A stretch of DNA of 64,000 nt. Source: Chrysomallon squamiferum. Its lineage: Eukaryota > Animalia > Mollusca. Below, piece by piece: positions 1 to 17,582 of this stretch; the first letter of the stretch is position 1, and every line of letters begins with the position of its first letter. The notes under the pieces were generated by a model. The model searched no databases. It had not been told where the DNA came from and saw nothing but the letters and a program-made list of their open reading frames with translations. The stretch lies in the NCBI GenBank assembly GCA_012295275.1, contig CM022665.1, positions 22,568,001 through 22,632,000 of the forward strand, given 5' to 3'. The position numbers and the translations under genes are program-made.

Positions 1-69
1 GAACATTTGTAAATACTAAATATACAGATTACATTTGTTATTTTTAATATCTGATTTTATTTACGTTTG

Positions 70-96
70 CGGTTCGGTTACTTTTGGGACACCCTG
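70..96. mobile_element. Probable terminal inverted repeat (right end) of a Tc1/mariner-type element, mostly outside the window
   Basis: The sequence acttttgggacaccctg followed by TA is the reverse complement of CAGGGTGTCCCAAAAGT, a typical mariner-like terminus with a TA target. The partner end is not visible. Confidence 0.4.
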
Positions 97-1118
97 TATA
101 TTAAGACAGACGTGGATTTCCAGAAAGAAATTAATTCATTTAAATTGTGTTTTTTGTATTTATCTTTGTTTCTTCATATCTTTCTTCTTTTTCTTTTTTT
201 TTTTTTTTTTCCCTTTTCTTTTTTTAAATTTATTTTTTAAATTCAAATAATATATATTTAATAGTTAAATGTACTAGAAATATTGTTATTGTAGATATAT
301 TGTTGGTTCCCATTATAATTTTGAAGTGTATGTTTTCTACCAAGTAAAAACAGTTCCATGTGTGTATGTTCTAAACTGAACTAGCGCAGTCCTCTGTGGC
401 ATAAAGAAGTTTATTTACTTTAGTGCTTAAAACAAATGTAGGTAAAAGGCTGATGTTTACAACAAATTTCTTTTTAAAACCATTCTGTCTCAGTTTTCAT
501 TTAATAAAAAAAACCAATTTTTTCTATTAACACTACTAAGAGTTTTGTTATTATAAAATAAAATACAATGCTGTTTACTAATGAAATAAAAAAAATTTGA
601 CTTATTCCTCACCATTATAATGCATTATTATCATCATCATCATCATCATTAAATCGACCTTTTATTATCTTAATAAACTGTACCTTAAATGCAGCGACAG
701 TGAGTCACCTGGTGAGTGATGACACCCCCACCTAAGAGTGGCTAATACAGGATAACTCAAACCTGAAACTGATTTATCCTGGGGGACTGTTCACCTCAGG
801 TACAGAACAAAAAATATTTAGATTAATTTTGCTTTTAAATATCTAACTGATATTTAAATAAATTAATAAACATATTTATTTCATGACACTGTGGAGCAGT
901 TGAGCATCCGTGTATTCTCAGACAGACACATCAGAGCCGACGTTTTATCATGTCCATGATGGATTCAAAATGTTAAAATTTCGTTGGGGCTGTTTCTATA
1001 TTATCGGTAAAGTTTTGGTGTCTGCGGAATTCCAGGTTACAAAAATAGAAAATTGCTAACATATATACATACATATACACACATACATAAACGTAAGAAA
1101 GCTTATTCTGCAAAAACA

Positions 1119-1161
<43 letters not shown>

Positions 1162-1389
1162 ATGTAAAATGAAATAAAATAAAATAGATTATTAACTTTT
1201 GAACTTTAACTAATTATATTTATTTTGCTTCTATTTTATTTCAACATATTTATTCTTTCTTTTTTTTTTTTTTCATTTATTTATTCATTCTTGTATACAG
1301 TCATACATGTTCAAAGAAAGAACTTATTATGTTTATGTCTCTTTCCCTTAAGAATAATTCCTGGTCATATTCATGCATAGCATGAAACT

Positions 1390-6531
<5,142 letters not shown>

Positions 6532-8589
6532 TGTACTGATTGTAATATGATACTAATTTCAGAACAAAGCTGCTACTGATCTCTTCTTTTTTATTTTTTT
6601 TTTTTTAAAGATTTGTTTTCAATTATTATTATTATTATTATTATTTTAATGTTTCTATGAGTTTTTTCCTCGCTAAATGTACGTAACCCTTGAAAGAAAT
6701 ATTCCTAAATAAAGTTTTAATACTGGTAGCGAACTCTCATCTCGAACACTGATTTTGTTTACATGACCTCTCTCGTGTTGTCCGTGCATCAGTTAACGTG
6801 GGAGTTTTCCACACTTACAAAATCATTAACTACGAGTGACGATTATGTTTTAGTAAACAGATGGTATTCTCTAAATGTCCTGTATTGTCTAAATAATGAA
6901 TGTACATTTACAGCTACTTCTGTAAATCACTTTCACGGCATTATATTCCATTCAATTCCAGTGTAACATGTGACCGTAATAGACAGGACAACCAAATCAA
7001 CAATGAAGTAGTAATTATGAGGTGGACTGATTGGTTGTTATCTGGATCATTAAGCAGACAGTGTTTAACCATATCATTATTTCAGTATAGTTCATGTTAA
7101 CTGTTACCAAGTGTGAAGATTAATTATGATTGCCTCTCTCTCTCTCTCGTTTTAGTTCATGTCACAAAATACATGTCCTAAAAAAAAGAGAAGAGATTAA
7201 TCCTTAAAAAAAATAAAATAAAATAATAATAATAGCCTCAACAACAACAACAACAATGTTAATAATAAAATAATTGAAGAACGTTATAAATATTTGTTAT
7301 CATGATATATCTATGTATAAATATTATTTATTTATATAAAGAAATATATTACAAGGGTGCCGATTTTACGAAAAAATCGCTCTCGGTTAAGAGTCAGTAA
7401 ACAAAATCCTGTTATTTTTACATGAAAATGCACTGATTATTAATCTATTGTGACACTGTCGTTATGTTTGTGCATAATCACTTTTTAACATGCTGCTATC
7501 GTTGTCACTGGTGGCACAAAATCTGAATTTTTATTTTATTTTATTTGAAGACTTTTTCTTTTTTTTTTATAATTTCTTGGCGTAATGACTGTTAATTCCT
7601 ACAGTAGGAAGGAACATTACATGTTGGGAGGGAGAAGTGACACACCCACTGCGGAGAACTGGACTCGGTGGGTCACTCAGTGGTATGTCGTCTAACACTT
7701 TCTTACTCCTACACATACAGGGTTATATCAGAGGCAAGAAAAAAAGCACGCATTTAACATAATCTATCATAGGTACGTAAGCAGCATTAAAGAAAAGGCT
7801 GAAGGTTGGAACATCTTTTTTTTTTTTTTCTTTTTTTTTTTTTTTTAAATAAATAAATAAATTTTAAAAAACTATAAAAAAAAAAAAAAAAAAAAAAATT
7901 GCTGCTTTGAGAGACTGAACTAAAAAGCACCTAATATAATTTGATGTTACATAAACACCATTAACACCTCTGAGGTTGATTTCTCTTTGTTTAGACTTAA
8001 AGTATTTGGGCAATTCCTCCAAGACACTTGGGATATTAATATACCGTAAACACTGTCAATGGTGCTATCTTAAGGAACCCGGGACAGTAATGGTCTGCCA
8101 GTGTGAAATGTTATCTGTGTGATTGGGGTGAAAGAGAGTTCAAGAGAGAAGAGAGCATATCTGGCAAGGGAGAAAGATGTTTGAGACAGTCCTCTGCATT
8201 ATAATTATTAAACCTATCATCTCTAATGTTGTACTGTAACTGTCTATAATGTTGTACAGGATTTAAAGAGGAATTAAAGTTATAAAGGAAATCGAATTTG
8301 TGTAGTTTTTGTGTGAGGTGCTTTATGCACTGGGCCACACAGCAAAAATCAACTTTATCTCACTAAACCAAGAGAATGTCTTGTAGTGTTTTCCAAGAAA
8401 CATATAAATAACAAGCAAATGATTTTCATATAAATATATTCTAGAATCTGATTAGCTGGGAGAAAAAACCACACACACCAATTACAGAGGGTGTCCAAGT
8501 TCTCCCTTGTCCCAGTTCTTCCTGCTCTCGCCTGTGTATGAATCTGTGTTTGACTTTATGCATGAATGTATATAGGCTATATATGCATG

Positions 8590-8750
8590 TTCTTCAAGAT
8601 AACAATGCCAGACCGTATCGCGCAATAAAGTGTCGCCAGAACGGATTGACTAGAACATTCGCTCACACAGAGCCTGGCTGGGATGACTCGGGCGGGCGGG
8701 TTCGTGAACACCACACCACGCCTCTCCCGCAAACCCGCAAGATCCGATAA
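8590..8750 (+). mobile_element. Degraded Tc1-family transposase (DDE) fragment
   Basis: The translation LQDNNARPYRA...TEPGWDDSGGRVR resembles the Tc1 motifs FQDDNARPHRA and IEHLWDELGRRVR, with an internal deletion. Confidence 0.55.
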
Positions 8751-8788
8751 AACTTTCTGTAGCAGAGTGTAAGAATGTGACATGATAA

Positions 8789-8823
<35 letters not shown>

Positions 8824-8879
8824 ACAATATATATATGAAAGAATTACAAGAAAAATAAATTAATTAATTAATTATATAA

Positions 8880-8927
<48 letters not shown>

Positions 8928-9179
8928 TAAAATTACTAAATCATCGGAAAAAGAAGGGAAAATAAAATGATAACATTTTTATGATAACTTGATAAATAAC
9001 GGAGAAACGGCAGTTTTACGTTTTGAAAATTCCTACATTTTGGCCTCCCCCCCTTTTTTTTTTAGAATTTCTGAAACAGTAATATTATTGTGATCAAAGT
9101 TCTTTAAATTCTGCTATCGTCCTTAAAAAGCAAGATAACTCTTTGAAATTTTCAGGATATCAAGGATATTATTATTTGT

Positions 9180-9551
9180 ATTAACTGAAATACCAATAAT
9201 CCGTTCCAGCCCCCCAAAAAGCACCCCAATTTTTTGTAACGTTTTTTTTTTTTTTAAATAAGAAAAATGTGTGTATAAACGACAAATATTGTATAAAAAA
9301 CAAAATAAACAGGGTTAGGGTTTCTCCATCTTTTCATGGACAGAGGTCCGAAGCTTAGAAATTATTTTAACGCCTTTGGCTGGAGTTATAACCTTTATCG
9401 ACTTCTTCTGCTTCAGTACCGAGTACGGTACATATGGTAAAAGTACTACGCTACTGCCTAGTTATGCAGGCTACACGCACACCTCGCTCATGTTTTCCTA
9501 TGAGTTCGGAAAACTCGTAAGTTGGAGTACTCGTTATTCGAGGTACCACTG
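9180..9551 (-). mobile_element. Second, truncated copy of the Tigger/pogo family
   Basis: Shares aatccgttccagcccccca, gacaaatattgtataaaaa, attattttaacgcctttggctg and gcacacctcgctcatgtttt with 3663-5324. Ends in cgaggtaccactg (TIR). Confidence 0.82.
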
Positions 9552-9922
9552 AACATTTACTCTGTATTATTCATCGATTTTCATTACATTTGATTTGTAT
9601 TAAACTCTTTAACTAAATTATGTAAGTATGGGGGGGGGAGAAATAAAAGAAACAGAACGATGAATGTAAAAGAAATAATAATAATAATAAAAACAAATAA
9701 CGATAGCCACCCTAATCAAAATTAATAATTACTTATTGTAAAGTCGTGAATGAAAATGTATTTATTTATTATTTTCGTTTGTCTAAAATTTATTAGTATT
9801 ATAGAATGGACCAATGTCATTGGAAGAATCGCACGAGATGTGATCTCGCGTATTCTCGTTATGATGTAAAAGTGCTTCAGAATAGAGTTGTGGTCCTTTA
9901 ATAGAAATTCTTTATTTCCAAA

Positions 9923-12900
9923 ATGTCACATTTAATACAAAATGTGTTTTTTTCTGCTTTTCGACAAAGTAGAAAGTGTTGTCAGCCTGTTCTGGCAATA
10001 GCTCAACAGAAAATGTTTTTTAATACTAGCAGAAAATGCGATTTAAAAGAAAGTAAGTTACTGAACTTTGTATACTGTCTTAATGTATCTCGCTGTGTAG
10101 TGTGTAATTTATAAATATTGTTCACAACAGTTGTTTGCGTTGAGTAGTCTTGACACTTACTGAGTGAATTATCTGTTTATTACTACTCATACTTCAGACT
10201 TGGATAATGTACTTAAATCATTTTCTCATAATGATAATCATAGTAATGATATTTTTCATAAAAGGTGTTCTTTAATCAGTCATCAATAAAATATATTAAC
10301 TTACTAATCGTAGGTATATAAGAACATTTTCAAAAATACTGTTTTCCTGTAAAATTATATATCATCATAAAGAGAGAGAAAAAAAAAAAAGAAGAAAGAT
10401 TAAAATGACACTAAGATATCTTTGATTGCATTGATATGAATAATGTTAAGAATTTTTATCAAAAAACTCCATAGAAATTAAACCAGTATACAAAAAGATC
10501 ATTTTTCAAGACTGATGAACTGCAAGGCCTTTGCATTTTCAAGCATTTTGCTAACATTAATTTTTTATCAGTTACTTAATAACATTAATTAGCATTAATT
10601 TGCCTTATGACTTCATTATATAGATATACAAAAATTCATAAAAATCTAACGTGCTAAGAACTGTCTTCATAATCGACAGTTTTATCAGAAAGAAAATATT
10701 ATCTGAAACTGGATTATTATGCCACTATAATTACTAAATCAAACAAAATAAAATATTGATCTTCTCAGACATTGGCAGCAACAGCAATCACTGATGCTAC
10801 ATCATTTGCTGAGTACACCCCACATTTAGGTACCATAAATTAAGTACCTATTACCCCAAATATTTGTATGAAATTTGGCAGACTATGGGAGAAATGCATA
10901 ATTTGTAACTTGTATATGATATAAAGTCCCAAATAAGCTTAGCTTAGTCACATGATGATCATTTTCAAATGGTAAACTTGTCTGTTTATTCTCCATTGTT
11001 TATCAAAGATAACATGTTAAGAAACAAATAGGATGATGAAGCTGAATATGTATACTATGTCATAATCTCTATTGTTCATGAAAATATTTAAAAAGAATGA
11101 CAAAACAAAAATGCGAACAAGGGAAGCCTTGTCAAGGAAAGCAGTAACACATCACAAAAATTGGGCAACCTTCCACATCAGCTCAGAGCCAGCTTTTGTC
11201 ACATACCTACTAAATGTATAAAGTTAGTGCACACATATATTTATTTATTTATTTATTTTTGGGTCACAAGTAAAACATTTATGAATGGTTGTGTTTGATG
11301 ATATGTTTAACATATACACATGGACAATGGATGTAAATTCATATTTAGAATCAAATGAAATATAGCTTAGTACATTTTACACAACTTTATTAAATAATAT
11401 AAGTGGTAAATTTTTTTTATTTTTTATTTTAGTACATGAAAAATCAACAGAGAATATGACAGTTGTAAGTATAAACAAGAAATCATGGATGTATTTTGGA
11501 TATTCATTATCTATCTATATTTAACATTAACTCTCTCTCTCTCTCTCTATGAACTTTTTAAAATAAGTCATAATTCACATAATTTTCAGTGATTTTATTT
11601 CTTCTTTATTTTTAATTGTTTAATAATTATTTTTTTTTTTTTTGGTATTTAATTTAATATTTACAGAAAATTATATAAAATTAAATTAAATAAAATAAAC
11701 ATTGATATGTTATTACTTTTATTATTTTTGTCTGAATTTTTTGTTTGCTTCAATTGCCATACAGGTTGAAGGAACCAAGGTAAAATCTGATAGGCAAGAC
11801 AACCTACTTCAAATGTCCAACACAGATGCATGTCCACTTTGCAGATTAAATGTGGACATAAAATACACAGTATGCAATTTTATTTTTAACTTTAATACTG
11901 AACATATTATTTTAATATCATATTACAAGTTGAATACGTATAATATTAAGCTGGAATGTGCTTAAACATTCTCTGATCGTGTAGTAATAAAAGTTTTTCT
12001 TTCATCATGAAGTTGACATTTATATTGTATTTGATAGTTTTTCTTTACTTTACTGTACAGCATAAGTGAATGCAGTGAAACTGCCATGTTTTTGTTGTTT
12101 CTTATTTTTCTTGTTTCACTTTAATTGTATCTTACTTTTTAAATTTTTATTTTTTTTTTTTTTTTTAAGTATTCCTGATTTTCATTTGAATGTGTGTTGT
12201 TTCATTTTTGAATCAGGATAAAAAGTATATTTCACATAAATCTTTTATCAGTGGTGTAACAGATTTTCTTTTTTCCCCTGAAGTTAAATATGAATTATTT
12301 TTCTGTTTTCAGGATGTTTTAGTTCTTAGCCAGTTTCTTCGTGCTGATGGCTGTCTGCTGCCTCGTAGAATTACTGGAGTTTGTGCTAAACAACAGAAGA
12401 AGTTGCAATCTCTGGTTCAGAAAGCACAAAGAAGTGGTAAGTGTGATTTACTGAATGATCAGATTTGTATATTATATTAAAATACACAGGAAAGACACTA
12501 ATGTTACACATAGCTAAAAATACAGTAATTCTTCCAGCTAATACATTGTTAATTTTTGTGAAATTCAAATTTCTGGTCTATAATCATTGGTGAATAAACA
12601 CTGAGGTAGCCATTTTTATTCTTATCTGTGTAACGATAATGGTACCTTACTGATAGAAATATAATACAAATAAAACAGTTATAGGTATAAATTTATTTTA
12701 CTGTTATATTTCATTTTATAAATAGAAGCGAATTCTGCAGGCACGCACATATTTAAAAAAGTGAAGAAGTTTATTATAAATATATTCTGTTTTATTTATT
12801 TTTTGCCAATCTTAACTAAACACATAGAATAAAACATAGAAGAGTACAGTTAAAAAATAAATGTGTGTGCCATTTAGTGTTGTCAGACAAAATTCATGGC

Positions 12901-14346
12901 TTAGTCCCATATGGTGGAATCCCATTTCGTAGAAAGGCTAAATGTGGTTCAGTGGTCTTATTGACATGCTTGGTTTTACCTCAGTCATTATAATGAACTG
13001 CTCCAGATTATTTGGAAAGCGATTATTATTGTACAAATACAGTAACACCTCGCTTAACGATATCACGCTAACAATCTTTCTTCTTTACAAATTATATAAA
13101 TAGAAATTTAATTTAATAGTTAATTGCTCGAAATAAATGATACAAATGTATACAATGCATGTTTTTAAGTCCATTTTCTTTAATTTTTCGTTCATTCACG
13201 AGCTTCTCTCAGCTGTGTTGATCAGATGACACGTCATACGTGCATCTGATATTCTGATTCTCTTTTGTCTTCTGCTTCGATTTAGACTTAAACTCGTTTG
13301 TAATTTACCCTTAAACTCACTTGTAATTTACCCTTCCAATATGTCAAAACGAATAACACGATACTGGCAAATGCTGATGATAAAAAGAAACGGAAGACAA
13401 TAACTTTAAAAACAAAACACATTATCTTAAATGAAACCAAAACCCACATAGTTGAACCCATAATGAGCGGCATATAATTATTTCTTAATGTATTTGTATA
13501 AATTGATTTGTAAATGATTTACTGTTTACTTAATATCTACAATCTATTAAATAATTTATGTCTAAACTGCCATTTTATTTCTCCTTATTTCACCTTTTTT
13601 TATGTCAGATCTCATCAGTGAGAAAGTAACCACTGCCTTTAACCTTAATTCTATGTAAATTAGTCTCCCGCTTAACGATACCTCACTTATCTATCGGAAA
13701 TTTGGAACCAATTACATTTTTAATCTGAGGTATTACTGTAGTATGGATATCGCTTATCGCATAAAGTATGCAAATATGACAGATATCGAAATAATCTATG
13801 TATCGAATATAGTGAATGTAAATAATTAAAAAAGAAGGTATTTATCTAAAAGTATTCCCAGTGATTTGGTCCTTCGTATAAACTTTTTCAGTCATAGCCA
13901 AAGTATTTGCAGGTCATAATATCTTTAGTGTACATACTATTAATATACTATGTCACATATATTGTATAATATGTGCACAATTTGAATATGTATGTGTGCA
14001 TAACGTAAATATGATCAGTAACAGATATCTTGTACATGTTTAAGCTGAATATGGTTGAATTCGAAAAGTTAATGATAAATGTAACGTTCAAATATTCTAT
14101 TTACTGAATATAAGTAAATTACTCATATGCAAAATATGTTTTGTTAAAAATTATATTGCTGAATTAGTCATTTATAATATTTTTGTCGTATTCTGTTACA
14201 GAAGCAAGCCATTTTTCTTTTCTTTCATTCTTTTTTTATTTTGTTTTTTAATAGATAGATGAAATTGATGTAAAATTGTTTATTATTGGTTGCTTGTTTT
14301 GTAACGGAAAGGAAATGTTTGTGAATTAGAAATGACCAGTTTGAAA

Positions 14347-14389
<43 letters not shown>

Positions 14390-15377
14390 GTAACAGTAAT
14401 TATAATAAGAAGAATAACAAGAATAACAATAATAATAATAATAATAACAACAATAATAATAGTAATAATATTATAATAATAATAATAATGTTGATGATGA
14501 TAATTATGATGATGATAACGAGAAGGAGGAAGATGATGAAATAATGAAAAAGTAACAAATCAACAACAAATGAGTTGTGAATGCTTATTCTGCTTTCGGT
14601 TGATGTTACATAATCGATTTAGGAACAATGTGCTCCACCTCTGAATGTTAGAAAGAAACCAGATGTATGCACAGGCCAAGTTCATTATATACAGAGGTAA
14701 TCAGGTATTGCAGTAAACCAGCTTTTTCTACGAAATGGGAATTATACGAACTGGGAATTCTACCAAATGGGAAGACACCAAATTCACCTGTGTTCACTCT
14801 ATTTGTAACTGTACATCTTTATCTGCTCAGAGATATGATTATTTTTTACTTGCCAGACTAGCCAAATGGAAAGGAAAGAACAACTTTGCGTTCTCAGTAT
14901 AAATGGAAAAAAAGCAACTGCATTCTGCCTTTTATTTTCTACAGTTAAAAAATAATTTGTGTGTGAGAGAGTCAGTCTTTCAGGGTTAAATAATAATTAA
15001 TTATTTCTTCTGAAAACATTTAAATTATGCTTTGTTTATATATTCAGTTCTGCTCTGGATGCCATCATTAGAGAACTAAGCTTTCTGACTTGTAACAGTA
15101 CTGTTTTATTATCATTGTTACAAGCAGTGATAGGTGCCACAAATATACAGTGGTAACTTAGAAGTGTACAATAATTGTATTACAATTCATATTGCTATTT
15201 AGTAATAAGTGGATGCTTATGAAATGTATTTTGGTATCAACCTTTAAATTCTGTTTCATCATTGTTTCAGGTCTTCTTCCAAACTTCAGGCCAGACTTGC
15301 CAAATGGAAAGGAAAGAACAACTTTTCGTTCTCAGTATAAATGGAAAAAATATAATGTGTACTTTGAAGATGATTGA
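9923..15377 (+). CDS. MRPS18A: Mitochondrial ribosomal protein S18A (bS18a/mL66); 5 exons, 165 aa
   Basis: Exons 9923-10052, 11433-11464, 11765-11869, 12313-12436 and 15271-15377 are all GT-AG and phase-consistent. The N-terminus looks like a basic transit peptide. The S18 core reads CPLCRLNVDIKYTDVLVLSQFLRADGCLLPRRITGVCAKQQKKL...AQRSGLLPNFRP, of S18A type. Confidence 0.9.
13040..13738 (+). mobile_element. Non-autonomous Tigger/pogo-like element in MRPS18A intron 4
   Basis: TA-flanked TIRs: CAGTAACACCTC at the left and the reverse complement of CAGTAATACCTC at the right. A relic NADDKKKRKTITLKTK at ~13370-13418 resembles the start of a Tigger psq-HTH. Confidence 0.7.
14347..14545. repeat. 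Compound (AAT)n/(AAC)/(GAT) trinucleotide low-complexity tract
   Basis: Directly visible. It explains the poly-N ORF 14332-14544. Confidence 0.9.
14852..14912 (+). repeat. 61-bp intronic copy of part of MRPS18A exon 5
   Basis: Matches 15290-15350 with 2 substitutions (ttg>tag, tttt>tttg). Confidence 0.93.
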
Positions 15378-16144
15378 TATATAAAGTATTATTTTTAAGT
15401 TTGTTGTTTGTGGGTACAAAAGTGAGATATTTCTATTTGTGTATTTTTTTCATCCTAGAGTGTATCTTCAAAAATAATAAACATGTTCAGTTCATTAGAA
15501 ATTAACAGTGTAAATGGGAATTAAATTATTTTATCACCAAAATACTGTTATTAAACATTCATATTCCAATAATTATGCAAAGACGAATGAAACAATTTTA
15601 GCAAGTCTGCAAATTAATAACCAAAGCAAGATGTTACTGAGATCAAATATTTTAAACAACTTTCAGAAACCTAATTTTGTTTAAAAAGTATATTAAATGG
15701 TCAGACAAAACCAACATCTTGTTGAAATGGTAACATTGTATCTTTACTATGTTTGGAAGTTATCTCATTATTTTTAAGTAACTTAACATTAATAAACATT
15801 TAAATTAATCTAATTTTCACCATTTTGTTACATTAGAGAAAAACACACAGATCAATATGTCAGAATAGTGTATTATAATTCAAAGTATTTCAAAATGTAA
15901 GAACTTAAGGAACACAGATTTAGTTAAATGTACACAACTTAGGATCAAATTATCAATCTTGTTAAACAAATATTGACTTACTTACAAAAAGTGTATTTTA
16001 TGGATCATACTAATTATCCTATCTGATATTCAGAATAAAATGAAATACAAATATCATTTTGTTTTCATCATTTTTCTGTATAAAATTTATAAATCATTTC
16101 CTCTAAACTGTAATTGCCTGAGAACTGTATATTATAGATTAAGC

Positions 16145-16729
16145 CAGTGGTTCTCAAAGGAGACATGTTTAGGTGTGCCCCACAGAATTCTAGGATCTAG
16201 TTAGATATTTGTGATGATAAAAAATTGATTTATAGTACATTATATCCACACTGCAGCATTAAAATGTTCTTTACGGCAGATCGTTATTATTATGTTAAGA
16301 GTGGAAAGATATCCAGCAAGAAATAGCCGGTTGCCTGGAAGAAGATTTTATACATGTAAACTCATTCGAAATGAGTTTTGGCTGATGAGCAAGCATGGCT
16401 ACTCAAGGCTGCGCAGTAGTTTACCTGTAACAGCATGAGTGATAGGGTGTGCAAGTTCAAAAAAAGAACAAATCTTCAGTCTACTGACAAAATGAGAGTT
16501 TGCTCATTATACATACTCCCCAACATTGAAAAAATTGCCAAGACAGGTCAGGTTCATACTTCTTATCAGCACAAAATAGATGATGAATAAAGGTATATAC
16601 CCTTCTTTTAGTTATTTCTGTATTTTTTACGTTTTGCATTATATTTGTTAGCATTTTGTTTGTAGTGTGCCCACAATTTTTTGTAAGGCTTCAAGTGTGC
16701 CCCAACTTCAAAAAGTTTGAGAACCACTG
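16145..16729 (+). mobile_element. Non-autonomous hAT (Charlie/Buster-type) element with an 8-bp TSD
   Basis: TIR CAGTGGTTCTCAAA at both ends and TSD GATTAAGC (16137-16144, 16730-16737). An internal relic KFKKRTNLQSTDKMRVCSLYILPNIEKIAKTGQVHTSY (~16453-16566) resembles the C-terminus of Buster/Charlie transposases. Confidence 0.92.
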
Positions 16730-17582
16730 GATTAAGCAAAGTAAAATGAGGTTGTATGATTACTACAAAACTGACTATGGGCAGACAATCCTGGTTGCTG
16801 AATTGTGCAAAAGGCAGATTAGTCTGAATTTTCAATAGTTAAGTACATTTCAAATAACTTTTTGATGTGATGAAATTCCTACCAGTTTTATGTCTTGAAA
16901 TGACCAGTTATTAGTTGAACAGAATGTATAAATCTCTATATTGCGTGACAAATTGAAAATTTAATTCTGGTTTACTCTGCATGCCATACTGCTGAAGAAA
17001 AACAAAACAATCATGTTACTTTAATGTTTATTGAACTTTGGAAGGAATTAATTATACATCCCTTTTTGAGAATACATTTGTATACAGAACGTTAATAGGA
17101 GATAACACCAAGAAACATGTCAAAAATGCTTTTATGAGAAGCAGTTAACAATATTTTGAACATTCAAGTGTAGGACAAAATAACTTATTGGGTACATGAA
17201 ATAATACCAAAATAAATAATGAAATGCAACTGAATGATACAAAGTTTGATCTTAAAAAAAAAAATGGAAGCTTTTTATTAACTAAAGACCAATACATAAA
17301 TGTCATGTGCAAAAATATTTTGTCAGACATTTTATTTACTTTTTAAAATCTATATATATATTTAAAATTGGTCAACATATTTGCTTTTAAAATGGAAAAC
17401 TTTATTAAGATATATTTATGTTTAATAAAAACACGTCGGTAGTGAATTTATAAATTAATTTTCTACTTTCTTTAACATTATTGTTTTCATGTAGGTACTT
17501 GGTTTAAGTTTAAATATACATGTGTATATTATAAACCATTTTAAGGAAAAAGTATCTTATGAGAGATTTATGCATTTTAAAA

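Noticed and set aside
7640-7700. tRNA-like A-box sequence (gtcactcagtggta)
   Set aside because: No B-box or cloverleaf could be built. No tRNA, rRNA or snRNA gene was recognised anywhere in the window.
7930-8340. Less AT-rich stretch with a 75-aa minus-strand ORF upstream of the GPCR
   Set aside because: No recognisable motif or splice support. It is probably a decayed repeat and cannot be assigned.
10769-10829. Possible poison cassette exon in MRPS18A intron 1
   Set aside because: It is AG/GT flanked with an in-frame TGA, but the donor (GTACCA) is weak and nothing else supports it.
14332-14544. Poly-Asn ORF
   Set aside because: It is an intronic (AAT)n tract with no splice or homology support.
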